This document shows, piece after piece, positions 15,213-16,332 of a stretch of DNA of 16,332 nucleotides; the stretch's first letter is position 1, and the number at the start of each line of letters is the position of its first letter. This stretch comes from Candidatus Eiseniibacteriota bacterium (GTDB lineage Bacteria > Eisenbacteria > RBG-16-71-46), in contig JANLOX010000012.1 in the NCBI GenBank assembly GCA_031366795.1, positions 1 to 16,332 of the forward strand. Direction: 5' to 3'. Under the pieces are notes generated by a model. That model was given only the letters and a program-made list of their open reading frames with translations. It searched no databases and had not been told where the DNA came from. The position numbers were made by a program, and so were the translations under genes.

Positions 15213-15967
15213 GGCACCCGCAGCGTGTCGATGGCGATGACGAGGCGGTCAATCTCCGCGAGGAACTTGCGGTAGATCGCCAGCACTTCGTCCGCCTTGT
15301 ACTTGCGTGACGAGAAGCGCACCAGGTGCGCGCCGAGCAGAGCCTCGGCATCCAGCCGGTAGAGTTGCGCCAGTTTCTCGATCACTGCGGCCGGCGAAGC
15401 CGGAGTGATCTCCCCGCGCAACCGCAGCAACGTGCGGAACAGCGTCGCGAAACTCGACGATGAGCCCTTCAGCACATCCTTGAGCGCCAGCGCCTTGCGG
15501 CCCGATGCGAGGTACGCCTGGCGCAGCAGGATGTGCTTGGAGCGCAGGTCGTGTTCGCACTGCAGCCGCAGGTAGGTGTTCGGCACCTCGAGCCCGGCCA
15601 GCACGTCATCACCCTCGAGTGTCATATGCCGCTCGCGCATCTCGAGCCATTCGATCGGGAAGGCATCAAGCGAGTTTTCGATCTGCCGCTGCGTCAGCAG
15701 CAGCGGATCGAAGTGCGGCGCCTTGCGTGTCGCAGGCATCGCGTCCCGCAGCCGGTCGAGTATCTCGGGCGTTAGTTCCCGCGCCACGACGACCACGTTG
15801 ATCTTCGAGTGCTTGGGGTCGAACCCCTGCATCAGCACGCTGCCGGTCAGGAAAGCGCCGAGAAAGTCGTGGCCCAGCGCTACACGCACGGGCGCCAGCC
15901 AGACGCGGGCGGCATCGAGGATGTCCTGCGGGGGCTCGATGCGAAGTTCGCTATGAGTGCGGTTCAT
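15209..15967 (-). CDS. Nucleotidyltransferase-fold protein associated with lemA/TPM, catalytic acids apparently absent
   Basis: AFLTGS...DPKHSKINVVVV (GS motif present, DxD position reads KIN), DAFPIEWLEM, LRLQCEHDLRSK. GTGA overlap with the TPM gene. Confidence 0.7.
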   Translation of the reverse strand: MNRTHSELRIEPPQDILDAARVWLAPVRVALGHDFLGAFLTGSVLMQGFDPKHSKINVVVVARELTPEILDRLRDAMPATRKAPHFDPLLLTQRQIENSLDAFPIEWLEMRERHMTLEGDDVLAGLEVPNTYLRLQCEHDLRSKHILLRQAYLASGRKALALKDVLKGSSSSFATLFRTLLRLRGEITPASPAAVIEKLAQLYRLDAEALLGAHLVRFSSRKYKADEVLAIYRKFLAEIDRLVIAIDTLRVP

Positions 15968-15978
15968 GTCGGGAAGTA

Positions 15979-16007
15979 ACGCTACGAGCGTGGGGGGCGC
16001 GGGTCAA
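15979..16007 (-). promoter_or_regulatory. Sigma70-type promoter for the NTase/TPM/lemA operon (very short leader)
   Basis: Minus strand TTGACC (16007-16002), 17-bp spacer, TAGCGT (15984-15979), only 11 nt before the ATG. No SD sequence. Confidence 0.55.
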
Positions 16008-16021
16008 GCGGGGGTGGGAGG

Positions 16022-16332
16022 CCCTATCTCCGCTCTAAGGGGTGGGGGCGCGGGCAGCGGCGCGCGTTTTGACGCCGACGCCGTATCGGGTTGTTGGCGA
16101 GCGCACCCACTTCTGGCGGGCGGTGGCTTCGTCACTCTGCGGCATGGGCTGAGGTCGGGCCGGCGCGGCGCGCCTGAAGCATCGCCAGCAGGCGGCCGCG
16201 GGCGGCGACGACTTCTTGCAGCCGCTCCTCGCGCGCCGAAGTGCGTATCGACAGTCGGCTCTGGTGGACGGTGAGCTTGGCGGGGAGGGTGAACAACTCG
16301 AAGCGCAGTCGCTTGGGCCGTGCGTCGCGCAA
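16022..16332 (-). mobile_element. Right end of a probable IS1380-family insertion sequence
   Basis: Transposase-like C-terminus, then about 110 nt non-coding, ending GCGGAGATAGGG on the minus strand, which resembles the GG-ending termini of this family. The boundary is tentative because the left end is outside the window. Confidence 0.55.
16132..16332 (-). CDS. C-terminus of an IS1380-family transposase (partial, 5' end outside the window)
   Basis: ARPKRLRFELFTLPAKLTVHQSRLSIR matches the IS1380 C-terminal pattern (K/T)LRxxLFxxP(A/G)RLVxHxRxxxLRL. Confidence 0.7.
   Translation of the reverse strand: MRDARPKRLRFELFTLPAKLTVHQSRLSIRTSAREERLQEVVAARGRLLAMLQARRAGPTSAHAAE

Noticed and set aside
1..16332. 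tRNA, rRNA or known riboswitch (for example a purine riboswitch before guaB)
   Set aside because: No recognisable cloverleaf, rRNA or aptamer motif by eye, and guaB has no leader of its own.

Overview
High-GC bacterial window; the C-terminal tail of one secreted protein hints at an Eisenbacteria/Latescibacterota-like lineage (inference only). Left: secD (minus strand, runs off the window, missing from the ORF track), divergent from an outer-membrane beta-barrel gene translationally coupled to guaB. About 4.3-7.6 kb is a patchwork of decayed and accessory genes: PP2C and possible HicB remnants, a short secreted protein with a WG-x-L-K tail, a GlsB/YeaQ-DUF1003 fusion, a doubly frameshifted DUF1579-like gene, and an internally deleted AAA_14/DUF4143 ATPase with an upstream palindrome. 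Next is a candidate sigma54 divergon. It drives a 253-aa uncharacterised protein leftwards and, rightwards, a tightly coupled three-gene operon that looks like a chemosensory pathway stripped of its catalytic and signature motifs: an MCP with a degenerate tip, a pseudo-CheA-REC, and a REC-GAF-pseudo-HD-GYP protein. That operon is the most interesting system here. Right: a nucleotidyltransferase-like/TPM/lemA operon (minus) and the 3' end of a probable IS1380-family element. All domain calls are by-eye motif recognition; no database searches were run.
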